Part shown: positions 40,271 to 49,081 of the stretch, in pieces
Layout of the letters: every line of letters begins with the position of its first letter
Position numbering within the stretch: position 1 is the stretch's first letter
DNA from: Acidobacteriota bacterium
Lineage (GTDB): Bacteria; Acidobacteriota; UBA6911; RPQK01; JADFOI01
NCBI GenBank assembly: GCA_963663035.1
Contig: OY760074.1
Span: 2,656,001-2,720,000 of the forward strand
Length of the DNA stretch: 64,000 nt
Direction: 5' to 3'
Translations under genes and position numbers: made by a program
Notes under the pieces: generated by a model
The model's input: only the letters and a program-made list of their open reading frames with translations
Told to the model about the DNA's origin: nothing
The model's database searches: none

Positions 40271-41441
40271 ACAATGGGGCTTGCTCTTGCTCGTGGCTAT
40301 CGCTGCTGCCGCGATGCTCACAGTCTACTTCCGCGCTGAGGTGAGTGAGTCGTCAGTGGCGGGTCCACCCCGCGCTGAAGTCGATTGGCCTCCACAGTTA
40401 AATCAACCCTATCCGGATCTCGAGCTGATCGATCACGCCGGCCAGTCGGTGAGAATGTCGGATTTCAAAGGCAAGGTGATCGTGGTCGAGTATGTCGGCA
40501 TGACCTGTCCGGCCTGCCAGGCCTTCAGCGGAGCGCATGAAAAAGGAGCATACGGGAACATCGTCCCACAAGGAGGGCTTGGGTCGATCAAGGATTATTT
40601 CCCAGGCTCAACCGGCGGCCTGTCTCTGGAAGATGACCGAATCGTCTTCATTCAGATGTTGCTCTACAGCATGTCCATGGGCGCCCCGACTCCAGAGGAC
40701 GCAAAAGATTGGGCTCGCCACTTTCAAATGGATCGTCCCAAGAACCACCTTGTTCTGGCTGGAAAGGAAGAATTGTTGGGCCAGGCCAGTTATGACATGA
40801 TTCCCGGCTTTCAGTTGATTGACAAACAGTTCGTTTTAAGGTCAGACAGCACGGGCCATCGCCCCCGCCACAACCTTTGGCGCGAGCTGTTGCCCCTGGT
40901 TCCGAAACTGCTCAAGGAGGCCGACGGGATGAGCATCAACGACGCCTATCGCTCAATCCCGCATCGGCAAACCACCTACCAGGTTTTGCCCGCCTCCATC
41001 TCGTCAAAGGATGCGGGATCTCTCGACAGGCTGTTCGGCATCGTCGATCGGGCCGTTGTGGCACGCGTTGAGACACTGAGCTGGTTGACCTCTGGAGGGA
41101 GGCAAGGGAAACCTGTTGCTGACTACCAGAGAACCTCAGAGGGGCTCCTTCGAGAACTGGAAAAACTCAACCCACCTGAGAGGATTGTTCCGGCAGTGAA
41201 TCTCATCGCAACTGCGCTCCAGGAGCAGCGCTCCTACTTTCGTGAATGGGATAAGGCCACGGCCGAGAGTCAACCGTTTCCCTACACCCTCTATAAGGAC
41301 GGAAATCTCCATTCCCTGGTGCGTTCCTCCAGCAGCAAGCTCATCCAGGCTTACAACCATCTGATGCAGAGCTTTCCCACCGAATCTCCACACAACCGCC
41401 AGGCCTTCTTCGACCACCTCTGTGCCCTGGACTTTATCTAG
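40260..41441 (+). CDS. Membrane-anchored thioredoxin-fold (SCO/TlpA-like) protein with helical C-terminal domain
   Basis: PDLELID...SDFKGKVIVV...CPAC; overlaps previous gene. Confidence 0.75.
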   Translation: MFNKQWGLLLLVAIAAAAMLTVYFRAEVSESSVAGPPRAEVDWPPQLNQPYPDLELIDHAGQSVRMSDFKGKVIVVEYVGMTCPACQAFSGAHEKGAYGNIVPQGGLGSIKDYFPGSTGGLSLEDDRIVFIQMLLYSMSMGAPTPEDAKDWARHFQMDRPKNHLVLAGKEELLGQASYDMIPGFQLIDKQFVLRSDSTGHRPRHNLWRELLPLVPKLLKEADGMSINDAYRSIPHRQTTYQVLPASISSKDAGSLDRLFGIVDRAVVARVETLSWLTSGGRQGKPVADYQRTSEGLLRELEKLNPPERIVPAVNLIATALQEQRSYFREWDKATAESQPFPYTLYKDGNLHSLVRSSSSKLIQAYNHLMQSFPTESPHNRQAFFDHLCALDFI

Positions 41442-41516
41442 CACGGAAACATACCAAAAGGTGGTGGCCGCCGTGGAGGTGGCCGCATCTCAATGACCAG
41501 TAATAATAGCTAATAT

Positions 41517-41678
41517 TTACTGCCCAGACAGTAAATTGCGTAGGATTCATGCTGCTACCGCTTCTCTGCAGCCCCAAACGGACAAATATTACTGCGACAA
41601 CGGTAAATATACGTTAAGTTTCCCTAATCAGCATCCAAAACTGAAGCATTCAAGGAAATATTACTGCCATAGCAGTAA
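41517..41678. promoter_or_regulatory. Three TTACTG-N6-C(A/G)GTAA palindromes, 72-bp period, upstream of hipB-like gene
   Basis: Sites start at 41517, 41589, 41661; the third abuts a TATGAT -10-like box. Confidence 0.8.
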
Positions 41679-41695
41679 ATATGATATCCTTAGGC

Positions 41696-41938
41696 ATGTC
41701 CTATTTCTCCGAAATGGCAAGAGCCGTCCGATTCCATCGAAAGGAGAGCGGTCTAACCCAGCTAGAACTCGCAAATTTAGCGGGAGTTGGTAAGACCGTG
41801 GTCTTCGATCTGGAGAAGGGAAAAGAAACCATTCGAGTCAGCACTCTACTGAAAATCCTAGAAGCCTTAAACATTCAAATCAAGCTGGAAAGTCCTTTGA
41901 TGGGTCTTTATCGGGAGATGAACGATGAGGATAGCTAA
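41696..41938 (+). CDS. HipB-like XRE HTH regulator
   Basis: RKESGLTQLELANLAGVGKTVVFDLEKGK. Confidence 0.85.
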   Translation: MSYFSEMARAVRFHRKESGLTQLELANLAGVGKTVVFDLEKGKETIRVSTLLKILEALNIQIKLESPLMGLYREMNDEDS

Positions 41939-42236
41939 CGTTTTCATGCACGATCGTAAAGCTGGAACGCTGATTGAGGAAACACCTGGGAGAAAGTACC
42001 GATTTGAGTATGACGGTGATTATGGCGGCGAACCCATTTCACTAGGCATGCCCATTTCAGAAAGAACTTTCGAATATGATCGCTTCCCACCAGTCTTCGA
42101 TGGACTACTCCCCGAAGGTGTTCTATTGGAAGCACTCTTAAGAAGAGGAAAAATAGACCGCGACGACCACTTCACTCAATTGTTGGCGGTAGGAGCCGAT
42201 TTGATTGGAGCCATTACAGTAGAGGAAGCACAATGA
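41925..42236 (+). CDS. HipA N-terminal domain protein (HipS-like antitoxin)
   Basis: KAGTL, YRFEY, PISLGMP, FDGLLPEG, GADLIGAITV. Confidence 0.88.
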   Translation: MRIANVFMHDRKAGTLIEETPGRKYRFEYDGDYGGEPISLGMPISERTFEYDRFPPVFDGLLPEGVLLEALLRRGKIDRDDHFTQLLAVGADLIGAITVEEAQ

Positions 42237-43159
42237 GTCGCTGTCCGATAACCTATGAATCCATTGGCAAAGGTCGCTATTCTCAGAAAGCGCTCCGCAA
42301 GCTGTCTCCACGGTTGGATGAATTGCTCGATTTTCCATACTCCGTCGAAGAACAGATTCATGAAGCGGAAAGAAGGGCTACCAAGATGTCGATTCAGGGC
42401 GTCCAACCCAAGCTCAGTGCAAAGCTGAACATCAAAGGCAAGGTCTTTGAAGTGGTGGACAGCGGAGGCCGTTTCATATTGAAGCCTCAAAATCAGCGCT
42501 ATCGATGCCTTCCTGAAAACGAAGCTATTACTATGCATCTAGCCTCTGCAGTCGGCATCGAGACCCCTTTCCATGGAATGATTTATTCGAAGGACAGCAC
42601 CTTAACCTACTTCATCAAACGTTTTGATCGTCGAGGCTATCGCAAGCGAGCACTTGAAGACTTTGCGCAGTTAGCCGGTCTGTCTCGCGAGACCAAATAC
42701 AACTATTCTATGGAACGATTAGTTCCAATTTTGGAACAGTACTGTACCTTCCCGGAATTGGAAAAACTAAAACTCTTTAGGCTGACTCTATTTAACTATT
42801 TGGTTGGCAATGAAGATGCCCATGTTAAGAATTTCTCCCTGATCCGAATAAACCACAAGGTAGGACTGAGTCCGGCGTATGACCTCTTGAACACGACAAT
42901 CGCCATGAAGGGAGTGACAGAGGAGCTGGCTCTGCCTCTAAACGGCAAGAAGAGCAAACTCAATCGAGATCTTTTCTTTGATTACTACGCAATTGACCGG
43001 CTGAAGCTAACCGAGCGTGCCATCAACCAGGTTGATCAGGAGTTCAAATCATCTATCGATTCCTGGGAATCATTGATTGAAAAGAGCTTTCTAACCGAGG
43101 AATTCAAACAGCAGTACTGGGAGGTTATCAGCCAGCGTCGAGCGATCCTGAAACTTTAG
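42233..43159 (+). CDS. HipA C-terminal kinase toxin (HipT-like)
   Basis: MSIQGVQPKL, ILKP, KRFDR, EDFAQ, GNEDAHVKNFS, LSPAYDLL. Confidence 0.9.
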   Translation: MSRCPITYESIGKGRYSQKALRKLSPRLDELLDFPYSVEEQIHEAERRATKMSIQGVQPKLSAKLNIKGKVFEVVDSGGRFILKPQNQRYRCLPENEAITMHLASAVGIETPFHGMIYSKDSTLTYFIKRFDRRGYRKRALEDFAQLAGLSRETKYNYSMERLVPILEQYCTFPELEKLKLFRLTLFNYLVGNEDAHVKNFSLIRINHKVGLSPAYDLLNTTIAMKGVTEELALPLNGKKSKLNRDLFFDYYAIDRLKLTERAINQVDQEFKSSIDSWESLIEKSFLTEEFKQQYWEVISQRRAILKL

Positions 43160-43193
43160 ACAAGGGGCAAGTTAATTTCAGCAGGGCGCCGAT

Positions 43194-43622
43194 TCAGGAG
43201 GAATCGACTGGACCAAATGGCTGTTCTGGCGTGTACCCACAGTACTCGCATTGTGAGATCTCTCCTCCCTGATGATTCCTCTTTAAGGTCATTGTCGCAA
43301 AGCTTCTGCATTTCCAGCATGAGTTACGGAAGAACCTATAGAGGGTAGCAACAATAGCCACAGCAAAAGGGAGTGCTAAAAGGCTTCCCAGAAAACCAAT
43401 AAAACTGCTACCAAGAAAGCTTCGTGACAGAAACAGACCGACGACGAGAAGAAAAAGGGCTAAGATGATCCCCAACCCGCACACAAGCCACGCAATCATC
43501 CAAACCAAAAGGGAGTGCTTTTCTTGAGTGGAGTTTGGCACCTCAGGAGCGGGCAACACATACCCACACTCGCATCGCAAGGCTGAAGAGGAGTTTTCCA
43601 AACCACAATCAGGACACTTCAA
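43194..43622 (-). CDS. Two-TM protein with zinc-ribbon motifs at both ends
   Basis: CPDC...CEC at N-terminus, CWKC...CEYC at C-terminus; GGAGG RBS. Confidence 0.6.
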   Translation of the reverse strand: MKCPDCGLENSSSALRCECGYVLPAPEVPNSTQEKHSLLVWMIAWLVCGLGIILALFLLVVGLFLSRSFLGSSFIGFLGSLLALPFAVAIVATLYRFFRNSCWKCRSFATMTLKRNHQGGEISQCEYCGYTPEQPFGPVDSS

Positions 43623-43743
43623 AGCGGCCTCCTATTCGATGGTGAGGATTTCACACCATCGTAGACCTGTGGCTGCCCGAAGGCAAGCACAAATCGCCAG
43701 GCCGAGAACTCCTACCTTCTTGTTGTCCACAAAGGAGAGTAAT

Positions 43744-43950
43744 ATGAGGAGCATGGATGTGTTCTTGGCCGACCATCCGTGGGCTATCATTCTGATAGTA
43801 TTTTGGACTCTCCCGTGGAAAGGTGTGGCTCTGTGGAAGTCTGCTCGCCTTCTGCAAAAGGGGTGGTTCATTGCACTGCTGGTGCTTCAAACCTTGGGCC
43901 TGCTGGAGATTCTCTACATCTTCGTTTTCAGCAAAAGCAAAACCGATTGA
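43744..43950 (+). CDS. DUF5652-like small membrane protein
   Basis: WTLPWKGVALWKSAR...WFIALL...TLGLLEILYIF; AAGGAG RBS. Confidence 0.75.
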   Translation: MRSMDVFLADHPWAIILIVFWTLPWKGVALWKSARLLQKGWFIALLVLQTLGLLEILYIFVFSKSKTD

Positions 43951-44165
43951 GTGGGACACCTCCTTTCACTCTGTCGTCCCCGCCTTTTCGAGCCGATATC
44001 CACTAGCCTCAAAAATCAAACTCCTATATCCTAGATCGGCGCATAACTTTTCCTCCAAAACGGCTTAGCGTAGAGACGGCGAAGGTCCCTGCGGTAGCGG
44101 ACTGCCCGTTGGCGGGGACAGGTCATACACGCCAGTGATAAAAATTCTACCGAAGAGGTGAGTTT

Positions 44166-45512
44166 ATGCCTGAATGTTTTCGCTCCGTACTGGAGCGACT
44201 GGATAAAGACAATGAGTTGTTGCACATCCGCAAGCCCATAGATGTGCGCTATATATCCCCGCTGATCGTACAGGCCGACAAGCCGGTCTGGTTTCACGCT
44301 CCCATTGGTTTCGACATTCCGGTGGTGAGCGGACTGTATTGGAAACGCGATCGACTGGCCCGGTCTTTGAACTGGCCGGAGAGTGAACTGGGCGTTCGGT
44401 TTCCCCGAGGTGTTCAGAAGATGATGGACCCGGTCACGGTTCAAGAAGCACCCTGCCAGGAAGTCGTAAAGTTGGGCGATGAAGTGGATCTGACGGAATT
44501 GCCGATACCCTTTCTGGGAGAGCGTGATGGAGGGGCCTTTATCTCAGCGGGGGTCCTGCTTGCCCGCGATGATGAAGGTGTTGTCAATGCTGGAGTCTAT
44601 CGGCTGATGTACCGCAGCCGCAATGAGACATCGGTGGACCTGGTCACCAACTCCGATCTGAGAAGATGTTACGAGGCGTCCTTCAAACGTCAGGAACCGC
44701 TGCCCATTGCCGTTTGTATTGGCGTTCATCCCTTTGAAATGCTCTGTGCTGCCTTCAAGGCACCGCCCGGAGTGTGCGAGATGAATATTGCGGCAGGACT
44801 TCATGGCGAGCCGGTTCGGATGGTCCCGGCCAAAACCAGCGGCCTGCCGGTACTGGCCGACTGCGAAATCGTTCTGGAAGGCGAGATCGCCCCGGTGGGA
44901 TGGACGGTCGATGAAGGTCCTTTCGGGGATTTTGCCGGAATGTATACGGGGGTGAGGTGGAATCCCACCTTCAGTGTCAAGGCCATGACTCACCGCAGAG
45001 ACCCCCTCTTTCAGGTCATTCAGATGCCTTGGGAGAACGCCTGGCTGGGGGCAGTGGCCATGGAGGCTCAGATTCTGGAGGTACTGTCAGCGGCCGGTGT
45101 CCACACCGTGGCGGTGCGGGTCACCGAGGGAAGCGCTTGCCGTTGGTCTGTGATCGTTTCCATTCGAAAGAGGGCGGGAGGAGGGAAGAACGCCCTGATG
45201 GCCATTCTCTCCCTTCCGGACACCAAGCACGCCGTGGTGGTGGATGAGGACGTGGACATCTTCGACCCGGAGCAGGTGGAATGGGCCAAGACCTTTCGAG
45301 TGCAGGCTGATCAGGATGTCATAATTATCAGTGGTGCCCAGGGCAAGCACATCGATCCCAGCGTGCGAGCCTGGGAGCTGCCCAAGGGACAGCTTCCCAC
45401 CACCTCCAAGATGGGCATCGACGCAACCACTCCCGAAGGCATCTCACCCGATCACTACGAGATTATTACCCATCCTTTTCGCGACAAGGTGAAGCTTGAG
45501 TCTTTCCTCTGA
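44166..45512 (+). CDS. UbiD family prFMN-dependent decarboxylase
   Basis: NAGVYRL, EIVLEGE, EGPFGDF, VVVDEDVDIFD, IDPS, KMGIDAT. Confidence 0.93.
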   Translation: MPECFRSVLERLDKDNELLHIRKPIDVRYISPLIVQADKPVWFHAPIGFDIPVVSGLYWKRDRLARSLNWPESELGVRFPRGVQKMMDPVTVQEAPCQEVVKLGDEVDLTELPIPFLGERDGGAFISAGVLLARDDEGVVNAGVYRLMYRSRNETSVDLVTNSDLRRCYEASFKRQEPLPIAVCIGVHPFEMLCAAFKAPPGVCEMNIAAGLHGEPVRMVPAKTSGLPVLADCEIVLEGEIAPVGWTVDEGPFGDFAGMYTGVRWNPTFSVKAMTHRRDPLFQVIQMPWENAWLGAVAMEAQILEVLSAAGVHTVAVRVTEGSACRWSVIVSIRKRAGGGKNALMAILSLPDTKHAVVVDEDVDIFDPEQVEWAKTFRVQADQDVIIISGAQGKHIDPSVRAWELPKGQLPTTSKMGIDATTPEGISPDHYEIITHPFRDKVKLESFL

Positions 45513-45681
45513 AATCGCCGAGAGGATTCTCACTCTCTTGAAAGAAGAGCCGATGTCTTTTTACGCCATCCTCCAGGCCCTGGAGGACGTGGATTATAGG
45601 GTCATTCTGCAAGCGTGGGGAATTCTGAGGGAAAAGGACCTGCTGGCCCGGGACGAAGAAGGGAGATTCTTGCTCCGCTAG
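45496..45681 (+). CDS. Small winged-helix-like protein overlapping ubiD
   Basis: 61 aa, amphipathic helices, overlaps the ubiD stop. Confidence 0.55.
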   Translation: MSLSSEIAERILTLLKEEPMSFYAILQALEDVDYRVILQAWGILREKDLLARDEEGRFLLR

Positions 45682-45742
45682 CCGAGAAGAAGAATTGCCG
45701 TGGGTGCTTTCTGGATTGAACCGCTTCATTTTCTTAATAAAG

Positions 45743-45824
45743 AGGTTGTGGGAGTACCTCTTGGTAGTGGGCAGGTCCAACTCGAACAATCAGAGAATCA
45801 TTCAACACTCCGCAGGCCATGCCT
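45743..45824 (-). pseudogene. Internally deleted copy of the tfoX-domain gene
   Basis: Near-identical to about 32096-32174; encodes MACGVLNDSLIVRVGPAHYQE. Confidence 0.8.
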
Positions 45825-45865
45825 GATTCTGTTCTCGCTCCCAGCTGAAAGGAAAGGACTTGAAA

Positions 45866-45913
45866 TGGCGGGGCCGACGAGACTCGAACTCGCGACCTCC
45901 GGCGTGACAGGCC
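45866..45913 (-). mobile_element. att site: 3' half of tRNA-Asp(GTC)
   Basis: Minus strand GGCCTGTCACGCCGGAGGTCGCGAGTTCGAGTCTCGTCGGCCCCGCCA: anticodon loop, T-arm and CCA, no D-arm. Confidence 0.88.
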
Positions 45914-46048
45914 CTTTCTGATCCTGCACAAACTGCACACGAGAAGTGCACACACCGCAGTTTCAACAACTTCCAGCAATTCACAGAAATCACCATTTTC
46001 CCCATTAGTCTCAATTAGATCTGCAAACAGGACAAAAACAGGACACCG
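45866..46048. repeat. 183-bp direct repeat, copy 1 (tRNA half plus arm region)
   Basis: Ungapped match to 48670-48852 at offset 2804 with scattered substitutions. Confidence 0.92.
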
Positions 46049-46055
46049 GATCTTC

Positions 46056-46275
46056 CTCATCTGTGGACACAAGGTCATGCTGGATGCCGACCTGGCACAA
46101 CTCTATGAAGTTTCAACCGGACGAATAGACAAGCAGGTTAAGCGGAACCGTGAGTGCTTGCAAAGAAGGGCTGGATAACTTGAAATCGCAAATTGCGACT
46201 TCAAGTTCGTAGGGTTGAAGACGATGCTCGCGACCTTACACATTCGCACAGGAAGGCGTCGCCATGCTCTCTAGC
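46056..46275 (+). pseudogene. Decayed 5' half of an ORF6N-domain gene
   Basis: KVMLDADLAQLYEVST...VKRN...LKSQIATSS...QEGVAMLSS readable across frames. Confidence 0.78.
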
Positions 46276-46309
46276 TATGGCTAGGGATACAACGGCCTGT
46301 GCTGCGTGG

Positions 46310-47293
46310 TTATGTCTCGTCAGAGGTGCTGAGCCTACGGTGTTCGCGTACATTGAGGGCCTTCCATAAGAGACCGGGGTGCGAACGGATCGTGGCCTGG
46401 AGGTCCCTATCGTCTGTGAGCAGTTCAGAGGCGATTTCACCGCGCTCGTTGAGGAAGTCAAGAAACTCGATCTCATTAGCGGTTAGAGGCAGAACAGCTG
46501 AGAGCAGGTCCCGGCAACCCGTGAGTAACTGTTCAGTCCAGTTGGCGATCTCCTCTCGGCGCGGCGCAACATGCGCACGCAGCAGCGGAACGAGCTCTCT
46601 CTCCACATCTGCGGAAACGATTTGTAGGTCGTTAAGCGAGACAGTCCGCCAGTCGTGCCGGTTGATCCCTCCATAGACGACGAATCCCGTACGGAGCTTC
46701 TCGGCATCGAGCGCGACCGAGCCGAGTAGCTCACGAACATCAAACAGGTCGCGGCTGGCAGTGCGGCCAAAGAGCGCGGCCAGCTTTCCGGCGGCGAGTT
46801 CGTGAAGGTCCAGCATCGGCACCTGCGTGACGCCGAAAGATCCGACGCGCTTCGAGTCGGCGATGGCAGGCGGCCACAGCGGCGTCCGCAGCATGAAGTT
46901 GACGTCGAGCTCGAGGCTCCTGGCGCCTCCGGTCACGCCGGTATATGAGAGGCGCCACTTGCCTCCCGCATGATCCCTGGGCATGCGTCGTATCTGGATT
47001 CCCAATCGCCCGCAAACCGCCTGGACAGCCTGCTCGAGCTTCGGGCGTTCGGTGAGCATGATCTCTCTGTCTGCCGCCCCGACGTAGTTCAGGTCGATGT
47101 CGACCGACAGCCGGGGAATATCGAAAACAAACAGGTTGAAAGCAGTTCCGCCCTTGAGCGCGATACGCGTCTTGAGAAAAGGATGGCTGCGCAACCCCTC
47201 CAGCAGCTCCATGAGGCGGATAACCTTCTCCAACGCTTCGGACCGGAACCCGGTCGCAGCTGCTTCGCGTTGCAGGTCAGCTTCGCTGAGCAT
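46310..47293 (-). CDS. Type IV TA toxin, AbiEii/AbiGii nucleotidyltransferase
   Basis: LKGGTAFNL, PRLSVDIDLNY, ELAAGKLAAL, SRDLFD. Confidence 0.92.
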   Translation of the reverse strand: MLSEADLQREAAATGFRSEALEKVIRLMELLEGLRSHPFLKTRIALKGGTAFNLFVFDIPRLSVDIDLNYVGAADREIMLTERPKLEQAVQAVCGRLGIQIRRMPRDHAGGKWRLSYTGVTGGARSLELDVNFMLRTPLWPPAIADSKRVGSFGVTQVPMLDLHELAAGKLAALFGRTASRDLFDVRELLGSVALDAEKLRTGFVVYGGINRHDWRTVSLNDLQIVSADVERELVPLLRAHVAPRREEIANWTEQLLTGCRDLLSAVLPLTANEIEFLDFLNERGEIASELLTDDRDLQATIRSHPGLLWKALNVREHRRLSTSDET

Positions 47294-48108
47294 CAGCTGA
47301 CCTCCGCCCAGGATCGGGTGAGGATAGGCTCGGGTACGATCAGGTTCCAATTGGTGACCAGTTTCCCGGACTCACGCCTGGCGTCGAGATAGCGAGGTTG
47401 GGACGGGGCGAGAGCTCGCAGTGCTTCAAGGTGACATTCCTCAACCATGAGCTGTTCCCGATGCTGCTCCAAGAAGAAACCGACTCGCGCCGCCGTCAGG
47501 GCCGAGCCTAGTTTCGTAGCGTAATCGATGACCTCGTCAAGATCGAAGAACTCGACCATCTCCAGTGAGCGCCAGACCTCTTCCCAGCCGCCACACCGAT
47601 TTGGTGCATTGAGAACATCGACCAGAGTGCGCTCCAGGGTCGTCACACGTGCCCTGCCTCCGGCGTGGGGTTTTTCTTGGACACCCCCTCCCAGATCGGC
47701 AAGGGAACGCACAGCAACCGGCGCCTGTACTGGAACGAACTCGAAGTCGCGGAAGAAGTGTGTGCGCACACGCGCACGGGTAAGGTAGTGGAAGCGGCGC
47801 CAGAGAGAGTAGACCTTGCCATGAAACTGGAGTGCAGCGTGGTAAGCCACGATGGCATCTTCAGTGAGCTTGGTGGCGAGCAGATAGGGATCGACCTGCA
47901 TGTTCTCGGGCGAAACGCCGCGCGGAACCGTCGCATAGAGCCCGCGGCGAACATGAGTCAGGTTGCCTGCTGCCACGTGCTGTTTGAGAACCGTAGCACT
48001 CGTCTGCGGACTCCGCTCTCCAGATTCCGTGTGAGCCGCCACAAAATCCTTAGAGCGAAACACCGGATGCTGGGCGAAGAAGTCAAGAGGTTTCATGGAC
48101 TTTCCCAT
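47293..48108 (-). CDS. Type IV TA antitoxin, AbiEi family
   Basis: VRRGLY, AYHAALQFHG, TTLERTLVD, GGWEE, RVGFFLE, WNLIVP; TGATG coupling to the toxin. Confidence 0.9.
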   Translation of the reverse strand: MGKSMKPLDFFAQHPVFRSKDFVAAHTESGERSPQTSATVLKQHVAAGNLTHVRRGLYATVPRGVSPENMQVDPYLLATKLTEDAIVAYHAALQFHGKVYSLWRRFHYLTRARVRTHFFRDFEFVPVQAPVAVRSLADLGGGVQEKPHAGGRARVTTLERTLVDVLNAPNRCGGWEEVWRSLEMVEFFDLDEVIDYATKLGSALTAARVGFFLEQHREQLMVEECHLEALRALAPSQPRYLDARRESGKLVTNWNLIVPEPILTRSWAEVS

Positions 48109-48121
48109 TCGTGCTGTTATA

Positions 48122-48210
48122 GGTATGAATTATACCCGTAATGATACTTTTAATAAAGTAACCCGGTGACTTGCGGATACTCATCAAAACGGGCATAAAA
48201 ATTACCCGTA
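48122..48210. promoter_or_regulatory. Two related imperfect palindromes upstream of the second abiEi
   Basis: ggtatgaattatacccgta and acgggcataaaattacccgta. Confidence 0.5.
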
Positions 48211-48254
48211 TCGGCACAGACCAGCAAGTCCTTAACGAGAATCACAAGCGGGCG

Positions 48255-48515
48255 AGCCTTCACACAGGAAGGCGCCATGCCTCTAGCGTTCTCCGCAGCA
48301 AACGCGCTGTCCAGGTCAATATTGCCGTTATGCGCGCTTTTGTGAAACTCCGAGAACTCTTGGCCACTCACAAAGATTTGGCACGAAAACTTGACGCCCT
48401 GGAGAAGAAGTACGATGCCCAACTTCAAGTGGTCTTCGGCGCGATCCGCAAGCTCATGGAACCAGAGGAACTACCACCAAGACAACAAATAGGATTCAAA
48501 GCCAAAAAAGAGTAG
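48255..48515 (+). pseudogene. 3' half of an ORF6N-domain gene
   Basis: SSVLRSKRAVQVNIAVMRAFVKLRELL...PPRQQIGF; nearly identical to about 49390-49625. Confidence 0.85.
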
Positions 48516-48669
48516 GCATTTCCCCACTCCTTTCCTTCCCACCGACCACCTCAGAATCGCCGATTGGGAGGGGAGTCTAATCATTGGACAAGGTGGAGAA
48601 ATTACCACTATTGTCACCCCGAGTCCTCATTTAGGTTACTGTAAGTTCTTACAAGATAAGAGGAAAATG

Positions 48670-48852
48670 TGGCGGGGCCGACGAGACTCGAACTCGCGAC
48701 CTCCGGCGTGAGAGGCGCTTTCTGATCCTGCACAAACTGCGCACGAAAAGTGCACACACCGCAGTTTCAACAACTTCCGGCAATTCACAGAAACCACCAT
48801 TTTCCCCATTGGTCTCAAATAGATCTGAAAACAAGACAAAAACAGGACACCG
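48670..48852. repeat. 183-bp direct repeat, copy 2, starting with the tRNA-Asp 3' half (48670-48716, anticodon reads CTC)
   Basis: tggcggggccgacgagactcgaactcgcgacctccggcgtga is shared with copy 1. Confidence 0.92.
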
Positions 48853-49081
48853 TTAATGGGCAGTAAAGGAGAACTTGATGCATGGAATGAATGAATACAT
48901 CGTTTCCCAACCAATCCTCTCAGAATCTCCGATCGGAGAAGCCTCTATGCTCATCCGGGAAAGGACTCGAGATTGGCGTACAAGCCACGATCTCCACTGG
49001 GCCTTACCAACTACTATACCTGAATTGACGGATCCTTTGGGTTTCTTTAGGCTACTCTCAGAAAGGTTAACTCCAGGATTC

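Noticed and set aside
41510-41685. 72-bp periodic palindromes as a CRISPR mini-array
   Set aside because: Only three units, the central 6 nt differ, no cas genes, and the position at a hipB promoter fits operators
44050-44165. Riboswitch in the ubiD leader
   Set aside because: Only two short GC hairpins; no FMN, SAM, TPP, cobalamin or c-di-GMP consensus and no terminator recognised
45866-48716. Two functional tRNA genes (Asp, and Glu for the CTC copy)
   Set aside because: Both lack the 5' acceptor strand and D-arm; they are att fragments
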